From positions 15,376,001 to 15,440,000 of the forward strand of contig NC_135759.1 in assembly GCF_052425735.1 (NCBI RefSeq): a stretch of 64,000 nucleotides of DNA, written 5' to 3'. The position numbers were made by a program, and so were the translations under genes. Shown here one piece after another: positions 62,300 through 64,000 of this stretch. Positions within the stretch are counted from its first letter, which is position 1. The number at the start of each line of letters is the position of its first letter. This stretch comes from Oculina patagonica. Lineage: Eukaryota. The notes below the pieces were generated by a model. The model saw only the letters and a program-made list of their open reading frames with translations. It was not told where the DNA came from and did no database searches.

Positions 62300-63730
62300 T
62301 TACATTCCATCCATGCAACCATTGCACAGTTCTGACTGAGGAAATTTCATCGTCGCGAAGTAATCGTCGCAAGTTTCGGCTCGACGGATCACCTCAAACT
62401 GACTGTAGGCAACACGCAAAATTTCTGCGTGTCGCAAAGACGCGTTAAAGTTGAAATCCTGACAGCGGCCATACGCTCCTGCGTTGTGAAAGATGCACAA
62501 ATCACCAATTCCTGGAATTACATTCAGCACCCGATCGGAAGCAAACTTATCAAAATTCGTACAAAGGGAACCAACGACGTCGAACATTCTCATCCCCTTG
62601 TCTTTCTCGTGATCCGGACTGTCATAGGTAGGGTCGCTGACTACAGACTTGTGATCAGGAAGATTCATTTGCACGTGGTTCGGAGGAGACTGATCTTTGA
62701 CGATGGTAATCTCGTGGTACTGGCCAAATACGCCTGGAAGAAGGAGGTCGACCATCACAGCATCGACGCCGAGGAAACGTTTGTATGTGTCTTTCATGTT
62801 TATAACACGTGAAACCAGCCAGCCAAAATCACCGGTCATCGCTGCTCCGCATTCATACTTGATCTGCAGGGGATGAAGATCTCGATGTGGCAAAACGATT
62901 TCTTCATACAAACATTTCACTCGGAAGCCTAAATCTTCTAAGTCAACAGGCGTATCTTCAGGATGGTAAGGCACGCCGATGCCACCTCCCATGTTAACGA
63001 ATTCAACACGGATTCCTGTCTCGGTCTTAATTTCCACAGCCAATGTGAACATCATCCGAGCAGTCTCGGCAAGATCCGCGATATCCAGGGAATTGGACAC
63101 TAGCATCGTGTGCACTCCAAAACGTTTAACACCAAATTCCTTGCTCTTCTTGTAGGCGGAAAACAGCTGGGATTTTGTCATGCCAAACTTCGATTCAGCA
63201 GGGTTGCCAATGTACTCGTTGTATGTAATGTTGTGACCCGGACCTGGATTGAAGCGAAATGCAATCACCTCGGGCATGACACCTCCTAACGCCTTTTTCA
63301 GGTTATCAATTTGGGAATAATCGTCCAAATTAATAATGGCACCCATGTCAAATGCCTTTCGGTAAGCCTCAAAAGGGGTGTTGTTTGAAGTAAACATGAT
63401 ATCTTCGCCTTTGATTCCCAGCCTTTCACAGAGAATGAGCTCTTCAAGTGAACTGCAATCCATTCCCATGTCACACTCCTCGTGTAGCATCTTCAAAATA
63501 ATTGCAGTAGGTGTTGCCTTGACTGCGAAGTGGTTTTTGAAAGTCGATCCGGTTAATGATCTCGTCCAAGCAAAGCTAGCATTGAGATACTTGGCCCTGT
63601 TCTCTAGTCCGACTTTGTCGTAGAGATAAAATGGAGTTGGGTACTGGGAGGCCAAACCTCTAAGTTCTACTTCGCTGCATGGTAACATTTTGTTACTTAA
63701 AACTGCGTCGTCATCTCTGTGGTCTTCCAT
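62300..63730 (-). CDS. lysA: Diaminopimelate decarboxylase-like (LysA, fold-type III PLP) enzyme with altered specificity residues, copy 2
   Basis: 476-aa intact ORF, collinear without gaps with copy 1 and with the same motifs (HFAVKATP, VNMGGGIGV, VVGSLC, GAYG). Confidence 0.92.
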   Translation of the reverse strand: MEDHRDDDAVLSNKMLPCSEVELRGLASQYPTPFYLYDKVGLENRAKYLNASFAWTRSLTGSTFKNHFAVKATPTAIILKMLHEECDMGMDCSSLEELILCERLGIKGEDIMFTSNNTPFEAYRKAFDMGAIINLDDYSQIDNLKKALGGVMPEVIAFRFNPGPGHNITYNEYIGNPAESKFGMTKSQLFSAYKKSKEFGVKRFGVHTMLVSNSLDIADLAETARMMFTLAVEIKTETGIRVEFVNMGGGIGVPYHPEDTPVDLEDLGFRVKCLYEEIVLPHRDLHPLQIKYECGAAMTGDFGWLVSRVINMKDTYKRFLGVDAVMVDLLLPGVFGQYHEITIVKDQSPPNHVQMNLPDHKSVVSDPTYDSPDHEKDKGMRMFDVVGSLCTNFDKFASDRVLNVIPGIGDLCIFHNAGAYGRCQDFNFNASLRHAEILRVAYSQFEVIRRAETCDDYFATMKFPQSELCNGCMDGM

Positions 63731-64000
63731 CTAGGCTTCAATCTGTGTGGATCCTGAACTGTAAACATAAAGCCACGTCGTCAGATAAAGTGCCGGCAAA
63801 CTATTTGGATTTAAGGGGGCCCAAACCTATTAATTTACGTGATAGTTGCATTTTTGAATCACGCTTTTTGGTAGGTACGATTTCACCGATTTCTTAGAAT
63901 TTTTGCGTCCTGAATGAAAAATGTTCGAATTTACGGAAAATGGCATTCGATTTTCAGTCGGAATAAAATCTTTTGAGATTTGAACATATTTTCAAAATCT

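Larger units (their letters stand above)
58590..63780. repeat. Segmental duplication unit B (lysA-like copy 2 plus downstream)
   Basis: See unit A. Each unit carries its own later MITE insertions. Confidence 0.85.

Overview
AT-rich, intron-containing, transposon-dense animal genomic DNA. The repeat families and gene style suggest a cnidarian, probably a stony coral (inference, not proven). There are four host genes. (i) Two tandem multi-exon paralogues on + (4440-16305 and 18762-24288) splice to ~490-aa membrane proteins with glutamate-receptor topology (signal peptide, S1, M1, P-loop, M3, S2, M4) but an intact K+ selectivity filter (TVGYGD), i.e. GluR0-like candidate ligand-gated K+ channels. 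(ii) Two intron-less CDSs on - (28850-30283 and 62300-63730) are bacterial-type diaminopimelate decarboxylase (LysA) homologues. Their PLP and catalytic residues are intact, but every diaminopimelate-specificity residue is replaced, which suggests a new substrate. They lie in an old ~5.5 kb segmental duplication. The rest is repetitive: a full-length but disabled Mag-like Gypsy LTR retrotransposon in an intron of channel gene 1, a four-unit A-B-B-A tandem array (36.9-51.7 kb), a Penelope-like remnant with two hammerhead-ribozyme motifs, a decayed Crypton, nested Academ-like elements, a tRNA-SINE and many (often nested) MITEs. All alignments were made by eye; no database searches were run.
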